Source: Ginkgo biloba
Taxonomy: Eukaryota > Plantae > Ginkgophyta
Length of the DNA: 23,030 bases
NCBI GenBank assembly: GCA_024626585.2
Contig: JANKJI020000002.1
Span: 235,906,774 to 235,929,803, forward strand
Direction of reading: 5' to 3'
Within the stretch, counting starts at the first letter, position 1, and each line of letters opens with the position of its first letter. Below, in pieces: positions 10,738 through 21,962 of the stretch. A program made the translations under genes and the position numbers. The notes beneath the pieces were generated by a model. The model was given only the letters and a program-made list of their open reading frames with translations, searched no databases and was not told the origin of the DNA.

Positions 10738-10880
10738 CCACAGAGTATAAGCACGAGAAATATTAATAACAAAGAGACAAACACAAAAGCATGAACAGTA
10801 CATAGCCCATCGCAAACTATAAACGTAAGGAATATGAATGACAAAGAGCCGGATACAAAAGCATGAAGAATACATGGAGA
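10738..10880. repeat. Two diverged ~72-bp tandem units
   Basis: The core AATATkAATrACAAAGAG...ACAAAAGCATGAA..rTACAT occurs twice. Confidence 0.65.
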
Positions 10881-11146
10881 CCATCCAAGAAATGAACATG
10901 ACAAGAGGATAGATCACGCACAAGCTAACTCAAAAGGAAAATAGTCAGAAGACCTAATCAAAAGGAAGACCAGAAAACTTATAGTGGGAAAGACTATATA
11001 GTTGTAAAATACCAAAAAGACGAATGTGAAAAGTAAACACATATTGGCTTTGCTTACAATTATGTTACAAAATCAATACATTGAGTCAATGTTGAGATAG
11101 AAGAGAGGAATACAACAAGAGATTTTCACAAGCATGCACGGAAAGG

Positions 11147-11260
11147 GTTAAAGAAATCTCACAAATACAATCCTAGAAAAACCCAACTACAAATATGAAG
11201 AAAGAGTTAGAGGAATCTCACAAAATATAGTCCTAGACAACCCAACTACACAGATATGAA
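11147..11260. repeat. Two ~59-bp tandem units
   Basis: GTTArAGrAATCTCACAAA...TCCTAGAmAACCCAACTACA...ATATGAA occurs twice. Confidence 0.8.
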
Positions 11261-11415
11261 CAAAATCCCAACTCCTGGACCAGACCAAAATAACTTTTGA
11301 TATGTATTCCAATTATACAACAATTCAATAATACATGATTGAAAAGTAAATCATCATCCATAAGGATATCAATAGAGTGACTCAAAACATTACCTCTCAG
11401 CATAAAGAGGCCAAC

Positions 11416-11456
11416 TATACAAATAAGAAGTCAATTGTAATTCCATCTATGCATAT
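11416..11456. repeat. Duplication unit, copy D fragment (runs into gap)
   Basis: TATACAAATAAGAAGTCAATTGTAATTCCATCTATGCATAT matches ~13995-14035 with 3 mismatches. Confidence 0.85.
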
Positions 11457-11556
11457 NNNNNNNNNNNNNNNNNNNNNNNNNNNNNNNNNNNNNNNNNNNN
11501 NNNNNNNNNNNNNNNNNNNNNNNNNNNNNNNNNNNNNNNNNNNNNNNNNNNNNNNN

Positions 11557-11793
11557 GTGAATCTTGAACACATTGTGGAAGTAGGTGCTCTATAAAACAA
11601 ATATATATCTCAAAATAACCTTTGGCTTTGAAGGCAAACAATGAGACAAATGAAAACAAATAGTAAACAAAAGTTTCTAGGTACATACCTCAAGATGGAT
11701 TTCCTTCTTCCTTCTAGTGTCTCCAAATCGATGCAACCTCTTCGTTTTGTTCTCACTCTTGCATTTACTTTTACACTTAAACAGTTTCTTCAT
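11557..11793 (-). other. Putative exon - 99-nt intron - exon of an unidentified transcript
   Basis: A purine-rich block 11689-11793 ends GAG|gtatgt. A T-rich intron 11590-11688 ends ttttatag|. One spliced frame reads MKKLFKCKSKCKSENKTKRLHRFGDTRRKKEIHLE-STYFHNVFKIH, and a second frame is also open. No family is recognised. Confidence 0.45.
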
Positions 11794-12533
11794 GCACATA
11801 ATTGACACAAAATAATGTAAGAAATAATTACAACAACTTCAACAAATTGTATCCCATGGTATTTTCACATATCTTGATGTCTTTTTGAAATCATAGTTTT
11901 GTAATCTAAGATGGATATGTAGTGACGATTTGCATTTCCTATTGCTTTCTTCAATTTGTATGATAAACTACTCTATGAAGGAAACATTCATTGTTATTTC
12001 CATTCAAACAAAAAGATCCATTCTTGTAGAAAGATTATTATATTGGTGGCACAAATTTACTATGTGCAATCTACGTGTGACTTGCTTTGAAATCACAGAG
12101 GCCTACGCACTACCACATAATGCAAGCAATGTTTTTAAGCACTTTCAAATGTGTAAATGGACATTCACATAAGAATAGTGAATATTTCTCATTAGAAAGA
12201 TCAAACTTAAATAAAAATTTAAATGTTTAATGAACTTTTTGATAACTTAGTAGGAATTGTAACTTGTGAATTCAAGTGGGCCAACTAGATTTCTATTTCC
12301 ACACAATATATACATAATTCCATGGAATATAGATTTCTAGAATAAGTACACACATAGATTATCAAAATACTTGTAGGTTTATTCACAGAATGGGAAACAC
12401 AAAGCACAATGTATGAAATGATAAAACCAATAAAATACTACATGCAAATGGAAATAATGATATATATATAAGAACCAAAATTCTATAAGAATGGAAGAGA
12501 AAAGGGAGAGATGAAAAAGAGCTTCATTCAAGT

Positions 12534-12590
12534 AGTTAGCAATCTTTAACTAGAATGGAGATTCTTTCAAAAAGTTAGCAATCTTTAACT
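12534..12590. repeat. 18-bp perfect direct repeat
   Basis: AGTTAGCAATCTTTAACT occurs at 12534-12551 and 12573-12590. Confidence 0.85.
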
Positions 12591-13538
12591 GGGATGATAA
12601 CGCAAATAAGGTCACAAAATATTGGGAATGGTAAAGAACCCAAAATTCATGAGCTTCACATTCTAAAAATTTCAAATCACAGGGAAAGTTAATGAAAATG
12701 ATATGAACTAAACAATTAGCATAATTTTACTAATCATTCCAAAATAATGATACTACTAAGAATAGTAATTATAAAGATAATGATACTAATAGAAATGAAT
12801 TGTAATTATTATTAAAAAAAAGGCCATGAAGTTTGTGAAGAGGTATGACACATAAATGACCTTGTGAATCAATTGTAACCATCATTCATTTCATATTATT
12901 TATTAATTGTCTTTTCACTCAAATAGGTCTCAGTGTATAATTGGGAGAGTAGGCTTCTTGAAAGGGCCATGCACTTAATACATTGAAGACACAAAGTAGT
13001 ATAAAATATAGCAAGTTGTATGAAATCACAACGTGCCCCTTGAATAGTGTCTACCAAGCTTTTGGGTTAATTCAACCATTATTAACGAAGGTTACATTCC
13101 TTCTATAAGAATGATCTACCTAAATCCTTGTGCTCTCGATCATCCTTGCGGTGCTTATTGCCCATAGAATTATTCAGTGTCAACTAACTTGGGTATCCCT
13201 TTTGGATTTATCCAAAGCATCTTATCGTTCGGTTTCAGAAACTTGCATCCCTAACAATGACTATATCTATGCTTGGGAGATCAATTCAATGGGTTCATAG
13301 TTAGGATGCCCAAAAATAGAGTGAAGAGCATGAACTATATGCCAAAAAAAGGTGATGATACAACCATCATAGCAAATCACATGGACATGAACTTCATCCA
13401 AAATAAGAGCCAAAGGCTTATCCCATCCTCATTCTCCCACTTGCATCAAACATTGACCAAACACTTTGGCTTAGAGCAACCAAACATTGTACTTGCTTGC
13501 AATGACACAATCAATCAACATTAACTACAAACAAAAAA

Positions 13539-15501
13539 AAGGGACAAAGGGATACTTGCTGACAAGGATACAATGAGAGGGTAAAAAACAACCTCATAAA
13601 ATGCATCCCTAGATAAACCTAACTACGCATCTAAGCACAATCCTAAGACCTAAACTCAAACTTGACATCAAATCAAATTTTCATTTTCCTTTTTTCTTGT
13701 ATAAAATGTTAAATCTTTGAAAGTTAAACTTCAAGCTTAGGATAATCAGGAGACTAACTAAAGCATTACCTGTTAGCATAAAAAATACTCCTCCCCAAGG
13801 TCTGGCAACAACTGTAAATATTAATTGAAGATCTAGATGTCAAACTCCTCTACAAACTAAAGCACTCATTCATCCTATTCTTTCTACAACTGATTTTGTT
13901 ACTCCTTTTTCTCTCTAAAATAAAACAAGAATAAGTAAGTTACACAAAATACACAGTAAATGAAGGAAGAGAATTGTCAATTTAGTATTGAAGTTATACA
14001 AATAAGAATTCAATTGTAACTCCATCTATGCACATTTACCAATCATTTTAAAAAATTCATCAAGAGAAATAAAGAAGCAAAGTAGATAATGAGTACAATA
14101 ATACATCATCTATTTTCTATTGAAAATGGAAGACATGAAAATAGAGCATAATGCATCACCTATTGTTTATTATAAGTGCAAGAAAAAAATAATAGAGCCA
14201 TAATTCTACTTACTTGCAGCAATACATCTTTGCTGAACGAGAATTCTTTAATGCAATGGAGGAAGTACATAACACCCTCTTTCTTTTTCTTAGATGCAAG
14301 CACCGCTGCTAGCAACACAACTATAAACTAAATATATCAAAGCAAAGGTCTACATCATCAGCATTTATGAAATATAATTTTCTGAGTCAATTCTCACGAG
14401 GCAGAATATATTGACAGACTATCCAAGGTTCAGGTCACACTGAAAACTGAAATGCACAGTTAACAAAAGTCCCAAAGATTAAAATAGAAACATTCAGGCC
14501 ATGTATCACACAGTTGATTTCTTAAGAACAAATACCATCCTATTTTCATCTCACACTTTGAATTGCTTTGACACCAATAGTATACAGTATCAAGCTTAAC
14601 GAGATCAGAATTCTCTTGCACGACCGGCGATCATCTATGCCCCAAGTGCTCCATCAACTTTCCTGAAAGGTAATTGAAATTGAAAATTTTCCTCTTCTTT
14701 ATGGTGCTAATTTTGTTGGTCTTCCCTACTTCTGTACAAAATACAAAATCTTAAAAGAACTGTAGAGGAGAGAGACTGAAATATTTAATCTAACAGCCTG
14801 ACCAATTGCAACTTGATCCTATAGTTTCTAATAATATACAGATCTGCAAAAATGCATTTGTAAACAGTGCAGAAAAATGTCTCCATTCCTATCATCTTAA
14901 AAAAATTCACAATCCCAAGACATTTATACCTTAACATAATACCAAAAAAAAAGTATGACTGCAAACATCATTGGCTTTGATGATAACAACAGAGTAGTTT
15001 TCCCACAAGTACAATGAGCACCATGTCTTTGCCGTTTCTACAAACAAAATAGTGTATTTATCAGATCAATTGTAAGAATAGCTACAACTTTGTCCTCGAG
15101 GATGGAAAAACTACAATTTTCCAATGAATTTATCAAAACAATGCAATTACCTAATAAACAAAGCGTTACTTATGCTCTAAGCAGTTTACTATCTCTTCCC
15201 TTAAAACCTTTAAGCACCTAATGATAGATATGAAAAGAAAATTTATTATGGGCCGTCCAAAAGGAATGAAATCTATAAATTACATCTCACTGTACTCTAA
15301 AATGGCTTCTGCTGGCTACCTTGCTCACATATGAACTATCTCACTAAACATTGCTTGTAAATTCTAATGTTAAATTTGAAATCATCAAAATTTCTAAGTC
15401 CATTCCTCCCATGGAAAAGCAATAACCAATATAATCCACATACAAACAATTGAAACAGATGCACTTGCTGATCAAAACAATAATGTGCATAAGTAACTGT
15501 A
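13539..15501. repeat. Tandem duplication unit, copy C (ends at gap)
   Basis: It is colinear with copy A 6400-9088 minus the A-specific insert. It adds an exon-like block near 13770-13811 on the minus strand (tttacag|TTGTTGCC...CAG|gtaatg). Confidence 0.95.
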
Positions 15502-15601
15502 NNNNNNNNNNNNNNNNNNNNNNNNNNNNNNNNNNNNNNNNNNNNNNNNNNNNNNNNNNNNNNNNNNNNNNNNNNNNNNNNNNNNNNNNNNNNNNNNNNN
15601 N

Positions 15602-16809
15602 ATAAGAAGTGAGGATAAATATGGTCCAGGAGGAAGGAAGACTTGAGACTTCCACAATAGAGAAGGATGTACCAAGTTTGTTGTTGAGATGTTCATTATT
15701 GATACCAAACATGAGGAGGAAAATGAATGAACAAAATAATTCAATAAATAGATAAAGTCATTCAACGAATAGATAGAGTTATTCAACGAACTAATAAAGT
15801 TGTTTGACGAATGAACAAAGGGATTCAACGAATAAATAAATAAAGTTGACAAATGACTCAAATCCAGTGAGTGAATGATTACTAAGCATATCGACAAATG
15901 ACTCAGGGATAACAAATAAACTATAACAGAGGAGAAATTATATGTCAATCTAAAAAAGTATAATTTTTTTTAAAGAAATTTAGTGTATATGGGGATTATC
16001 ATTTTTTGAGAAGGGTTATGAATGGATCTGGAGAAAGTGAGGGCAATATTGGAATGGCCATTACTAAGCAATGCCATGGAGGTGCAGAGTTTTTATGGAT
16101 TAACAAGATTCTACATGAAGTTTATCAACAAATTTAGCAGCATAACAACTCCAATGATGGATTTCTTCAAAGGAAGGTGTTCCAATGGAAAATCGTAGCT
16201 CAATGAAGCTTTGAGATTTTGAAAAAGAAGGTAACTGAATTACCTGTGTTGGAACTTTCAAACTTTGAGCAAGTGCTTGAGGTCAAATGCGATGCATCAG
16301 AAGTTGGAATTAGAGTGGTATTAAGCCAAGGGGGTAGATCGGTGACTTACTTCAGTGAGAAAAAAAAGAGGCCAAGAAGAAGTACTCCACATATGATTTG
16401 GAATTCTATATAATAGTGTATTCATTGAAGTTATGGAGGCATTACCTATTATCCAAGTAGTTCGTGTTGTACATGGACCACCAAGCACTAAAGTTCCTAA
16501 ACTCCCAAAGTAACTTAAATATCAAGAAAACTAAATGGGTCAAGTTTTTATAGTCATACTCTTTTGTTTTAAATCATGAATATGGAAAAATGAATTAGGT
16601 AGTCGATGCCTTGAGTAGAAGGGCAGTTTTCCTTGCTACTATGTCTAATGAAGTGACAGGTTTTAGAGCAATTAAGGAGATGTACGAAGGTGATAAGGAT
16701 TTTCGTCAAATATTGGAATATCTTAGAAATCTGGTGGCTACCAATGGACAAATTTATAATAATTTTTTCTTGTAGCACGATTATTTGTTCAAAGGAAAGC
16801 AATTGTGCA
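15602..16809 (+). mobile_element. Decayed Ty3/gypsy (chromovirus-like) element: probable gag tail, then RT C-terminus, RNase H and linker
   Basis: From ~15926 it reads EEKLYVNLKK...MDLEKVRAILEWP...EVQSFYGLTRFYMKFINKFS...FEILKKKVTELPVLELSNFEQVLEVKCDASEVGIRVVLSQ...YFSEK...YSTYDLEFY...WRHYLL...DHQALKFL...VVDALSRR...YLFKGKQLC, with stops and frameshifts. 15602-15720 (INMVQEE...SLLLRCSLL) is a less certain gag/protease junction. Confidence 0.93.
15740..15865. repeat. 21-bp minisatellite, ~6 diverged units
   Basis: Units start at 15740, 15761, 15782, 15803, 15824 and ~15845, with consensus approximately TTCAACGAATArATAAAGTTA. Confidence 0.85.
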
Positions 16810-17757
16810 NNNNNNNNNNNNNNNNNNNNNNNNNNNNNNNNNNNNNNNNNNNNNNNNNNNNNNNNNNNNNNNNNNNNNNNNNNNNNNNNNNNNNNNNNNN
16901 NNNNNNNNNTCTACTTTGGTAGCAACCTTCTCATTTACCTTAATTAGATATTACTTCATCACATATTTTAAATTTGTCTTCCATTTGACATTAAACCATT
17001 TCTTCTCAAGTTTTATATTTATAAGCTTTATTTTAATTGAAATTTCTAATATTTCTTGAATAAGATTGCCATCAATCCTTAAATACTTATTACCTACAAT
17101 AATATCTCTAGTTGTCATGGCATGTATTAATTAATTTACTAATATTGTGTTGTGTACTAGTATTGGTATTGCCAATAGTTTATGGACCTAAGATTTCTTA
17201 ATCTAGTCCTTAAAGTTATGTTCCTTTCCATTCAATTTATGCCCCATAACTATCTTAGTTGTCGCCTTGTTATATTTTTTCCAATCCTTAGGGATAACAT
17301 CATCTATAATAACATTCTTATATAATTCTATTTTTAGAATATAATATTTAATGAGATTCAACAATAGATGATTTATCTTCCCCTTCTACCCACAAAATAG
17401 TTTGCACATAAATCTGTAAATTCCTCACGAAACCATTGAAATCATTGAAGAAATAATTAGTCATTAAAATATCCTTTCTCAATGAACTCTTTATGAATAA
17501 TTGACCTTAAATTATGTTATTTATATCTTTAATTTCAAATTAGCACATTAATTAATTTACTTACTTTGCACGATGTGCCATAAGTATAGTTTTTTTGAAA
17601 TAAATGTCTAATTGCATGAATTTATATCATCACCAAACTTTTCACCATTTTAGCATTTTGTTTCTTTTGATGAAATTTTAGTCATCTATTGTGATGAGCA
17701 CAATAATATACATTATTGCATGTTTGAACCAATATTTTAAAAAACTTGTTATTCTTT

Positions 17758-18430
17758 GTGACTTTTTTATTTCTTAATGAAACTTTTTCAAGACCACAAG
17801 GATTAACCAAATTTTTAAATAGTGATATTTTTTGCGACTTGCATGCTTTTGCGACTTTGTACTTATTTATGATACTTCAGTGCGACTTTTTATGAAATTG
17901 TAAGACGACCAAATTTTATAAATTCTTGATAGTTTTTGTGACTTTCATTTCTTCGTGACTCATAAACTTAGTGCATCATTTTACAAAGTTCTCAACTTTT
18001 CCATTGTCCTTTAATTATCCATATCTAGCACTCATAAAAGAAATTCCAAAGTATCACAAATGCTTAGTCAAATTATAACTTTCTTATGTAATACTTTCTT
18101 CCTTATTCAATTATCGCCTCCACTTTCCCTATCACAAGACTTGCCCCATTCTTCCACTTTATGCATCTTCTTATGACTCAATATTTAGTTGCAATTATGC
18201 ATTTTCGTGCGATTCTTCTTATTTGCACAATTTTAGGTTTATCCAAGTATTGAAAACACTTACACCCACCCTTTATTTGTTTGATTCATGTTATCAAATA
18301 TTAAGATCTTCAAGAATTCCTTTTGTCGCATGGCTTCACTTCTTTCATGAAGTTTGCTACTTTGCTGAAAGTTGTTCTTTCTTCCCAACCTAGTCATTTT
18401 GTGCGACTCTTCTTCCAGTATCTAAGTCAC
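17758..18430. repeat. Dispersed TGyGACT motif cluster, probably TE non-coding sequence
   Basis: GyGACT occurs at 17758, 17834, 17851, 17882, 17938, 17955 and 18403, with a variant at 18207 and reverse copies at 18325 and ~18425. Confidence 0.5.
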
Positions 18431-19379
18431 TACTTATACAATCTTTTCCTAAAATTGTGTTCAAAGAACAACAACTTTAGACTTCCTTCTCATCATTTTG
18501 ATCTTTCAATTCTTATTTTTGGTGAATTAATTTTCTTAACTCAAAATTTTAAATTGTGCTATGTACATTATGATACATATTTACACATTCTCTTCTCAAT
18601 TCTTTNNNNNNNNNNNNNNNNNNNNNNNNNNNNNNNNNNNNNNNNNNNNNNNNNNNNNNNNNNNNNNNNNNNNNNNNNNNNNNNNNNNNNNNNNNNNNNN
18701 NNNNNTTTTTCATTCTATTCTAGTCCTTAAAGTTGGTCCAATCACTTTAAAAGCCAAAGCATTAACAAATAAATTGGCATATAAGTAAAAACTAAGAAAA
18801 ATAAACAATGATAAAATTTGAACAATTGCATGTTATTATGTTCCTACAACTAAATATTTAACTATGTACAATTTTTATGTAGAGATAAGTGGCATCCCAT
18901 CTTTGTATGGGTAATCATAAATAACATTCTAAAAAAGGATTAGTTAAGTTTCTACATAGAGGTAGGCTAGGGTTTAGATTAAGGAGTCCTATTGAAAATA
19001 TATAAGGTCATTCAATGCATAATTATAACCTTGGAATATTTTTATGATATATTTAATGTAGGAAAAAAATTAGTGGACATATATCATCAATTGAATTTAT
19101 TATTTAAATTTTCTCAAAAAATAAATTCATTAATAGGAAAAAAATTCTATATTATCCAATGCTTTACATATTTTTTGGAAAATTGTATTAGATTTTCCAA
19201 ATTTTGTACTAAATCATAGTAAAATATAGTTTTTTTTGTGAACTTATTTAGAGTACATATAATATTATCTTTTATATTTAAAAGTGTAGACATTTAAATC
19301 TATACTAACCTATTCATTAATTACGCACCCCATTATTCTACATTTGAACCTATAGTTAATTGCATTCTGAAGTTAGTAT

Positions 19380-19690
19380 AAATAAAAATAAATAAAAGCC
19401 TGGTCTAAAGTTAGTCTAAGGTCTAGCATAAATAAAAAATCAAACTAGTCTTACGTTAAGCAAAAATTAAAAATTAAAAAAAAGTAAACAACAAAATAAA
19501 ATCAAAACATAAAACAAAAAAAAAGAAAAGAAAATGACGATTTTCTTGGAAGAGGAAGTGATTCATTGTGGAGAAGCCCATTCGAATAGTCCATCCTCCA
19601 TCCATCGCCTAACTTGCTTGTTGCTAGGAGGTCTTGCATAGAATTCACAAGAAACCAACAATCAGAGAAAATCTTCATTCTTAATCAGAG
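19380..19690 (+). promoter_or_regulatory. Probable promoter and first (5'UTR) exon of a plus-strand gene
   Basis: A ~150-bp A-tract region precedes a GC-richer block containing site II-like AGCCCA (19575-19580). The block ends at a strong donor GAG|GTATGT (19690/19691). The TSS cannot be determined from sequence. Confidence 0.55.
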
Positions 19691-20187
19691 GTATGTTGGT
19701 GTTTTAGAGTAGAATTTGATTTATATGTCTAATTTACTTGCACACATTTATGGCACTCCCGGTGGGACCAATTCCCAATCAGTTCTAACGTTTTTCTCAA
19801 TTATTTTGGTCGATTAGAGGATATACGTTGTTTTTGTCCTGCATTCCGTTGTTTCTACCCGTGTGAGGGTGGCTCTGAGCAGATCGATGTTTACGTTTTG
19901 TTTAACACTGTGTGCCCACTAGGTTTTTAACGTTTAACGCTCAAGTATTGATGTTTTTGTGTACATTTGTATTTCGATGCTTCTGTCCAAACGTTTCTGT
20001 GGGCATCTTTGTTATTCACTTCGGCATTGACGTCTCTGTCTTAACCTTTGGATACACAACAATATTTGCTTAAATTTATTATTTATCACGATATAAATCC
20101 GTTTCTGCTATCACTAACGTCGGGTGTCTAATATGTTGTCTGTATGCACGTTGCTTGTGTTCTTTACTCCTATGCACCTCCCCCAAG
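19691..20187 (+). other. Putative first intron, T-rich and CpG-retaining
   Basis: It has GT...AG ends, CACTAAC at 20112-20118, a pyrimidine tract at 20159-20184, many CpGs compared with the flanks, and a class I TCP consensus GTGGGACC at 19762-19769. Confidence 0.55.
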
Positions 20188-20289
20188 CAGTTGTGAACCC
20201 AAGACCCAGATCTATTTCAATCGAAGATTCAGTGAACGACTTGGACAAGAATCGCAAAGTCGCTTTGCTTCTTCCATCGGTCGTTGTGG
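20188..20289 (+). other. Putative second exon (99 or 102 nt; no ATG)
   Basis: There is a tandem acceptor AAG/CAG at 20185-20190 and a donor TGG|GTAAGC at 20289/20290. Base composition is balanced relative to the T-rich flanks. Confidence 0.55.
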
Positions 20290-20339
20290 GTAAGCAAAGC
20301 AATCAAGTGTTCAAATCTTTCTATACGTTCTTTTTATAA

Positions 20340-20417
20340 AGTTTATATTAAATTAAAATTAGAATTTGAGTTTAAATTTAGAGTTTACATTAAATTAAAA
20401 CTAGAATTTGAGTTTAA
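20340..20417. repeat. 42-bp tandem duplication (~1.9 units)
   Basis: AGTTTAyATTAAATTAAAAyTAGAATTTGAGTTTAA starts at 20340 and 20382. Confidence 0.9.
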
Positions 20418-21962
20418 GTGTGCTTGCAATGTCATAAGTCTTATGGTCATATGGAAATGGGGTGTTAGTGTATTTCGTATGTTATCTCCGTCATATAGGC
20501 TATTTCGGATAGTTTNNNNNNNNNNNNNNNNNNNNNNNNNNNNNNNNNNNNNNNNNNNNNNNNNNNNNNNNNNNNNNNNNNNNNNNNNNNNNNNNNNNNN
20601 NNNNNNNNNNNNNNNGATATTTAATAACTCTAACATATGATCTTTGGCATCTAATCCTTGACAACTATCATTTTTCCCTTCCTTTGGATCTGAAAAATGG
20701 ATCAATACACAAATAGATGCACACATGTAAATTTTATTTGTGTAAATAAACTTATTGTATTTTCACCATTAACTTATATAATATTATAAATACATAATCA
20801 AATTAAGGATTTTTCCTTATTGTGTTTCATTGTTAAGTNNNNNNNNNNCTATTTACCAAAGCTAAAGAACTATGTTCATAAAGATTCCTTACTTTTCTAT
20901 GTTCTTGTAAGAATCAATCATTTTGTTAGATTCTTATATTATATTAAGATCTTAAATTAGAAAAGATTTATAATATTTCCATATTCTATTACATTTGTGA
21001 AATGGCTCACTGTCAAAATAGTTGACTTTCTTATTTTATGCATCATGATGAAAATTTAAAAAGTTATTGCATGTGTCTAAAATGCCACTATGCAAGACTA
21101 AAAAATTCTTTTACAAGTCTAAAAAGATGTTTTATAGATCGAAAAAGTCATCATGCCTTTAATAAAGATACTATACCTCTATAATTTACTATTTAAGAGT
21201 AATTTTTTAAAGNNNNNNNNNNNNNNNNNNNNNNNNNNNNNNNNNNNNNNNNNNNNNNNNNNNNNNNNNNNNNNNNNNNNNNNNNNNNNNNNNNNNNNNN
21301 NNNNNNNCAACTATTTATCTCCTTAATTATGTTGAAGTCTTCATAAGTATTCCAATCATACATATTGGAAGTTTTTTAATGACCCACCACTTAAGGACAC
21401 ATCAATTGATGTCATAGTTCTTATCTTGATCCTAATTTGTAATTATTTATAAAATTCATCTTACTTTTTCTATTGGCTTTTCTTAAATTTGTTATAAATT
21501 TTGACTTAAGCAAGAAGGATTGTAGCTCCTAAGAAATAAGAACCTCTAGTATTTGGCATCATTCTCTCTAAGAATCTAAAGAGAACTATGTTTAAGTAAT
21601 TTATAAACATTAAGACATGATTAAATCATATCATTTAGACATAATACAACTCATTAAAGATAAATAAGTCTATGCAGGAAATTTAGACTCTTAAAATGAA
21701 ACTGAAAATAATAACTATTTCTAATCTAAAACCCAACATACCTTCAATTGAGCATGAAGATTTTCTTAGATTTTTTGCTATTGGTTATTTGTGAATTCTT
21801 TGCAAGAATGCCTTATAGCAAGAAAGTCGATGGATGAAGATGGTAGATGGATCGATTCCTCTNNNNNNNNNNNNNNNNNNNNNNNNNNNNNNNNNNNNNN
21901 NNNNNNNNNNNNNNNNNNNNNNNNNNNNNNNNNNNNNNNNNNNNNNNNNNNNNNNNNNNNNN

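Noticed and set aside
12200-13530. Possible LTR or TE debris between array copies, with a small GAATGATC...GATCATCC hairpin at ~13110-13146
   Set aside because: No termini, PBS/PPT or protein motif can be supported, so it is left unannotated.
14720-14741. TCTTCCCTACT, resembling the 5' half of miR482 (target site on the minus strand)
   Set aside because: The 3' half does not match and the site is not conserved in copy A.
16910-17550. Possible minus-strand decayed gag or ORF
   Set aside because: No convincing motif was recovered in any frame.
18968-18975. Telo-box (TAGGGTTT)
   Set aside because: It is a single copy ~600 bp upstream of the putative exon 1 and could be chance.
19569-19589. 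TGGAGAAGC, matching the miR164 5' end
   Set aside because: Only 9 nt match and there is no precursor hairpin.
21399-21412. 14-bp perfect palindrome ACATCAATTGATGT
   Set aside because: About one is expected by chance in 23 kb of AT-rich DNA.
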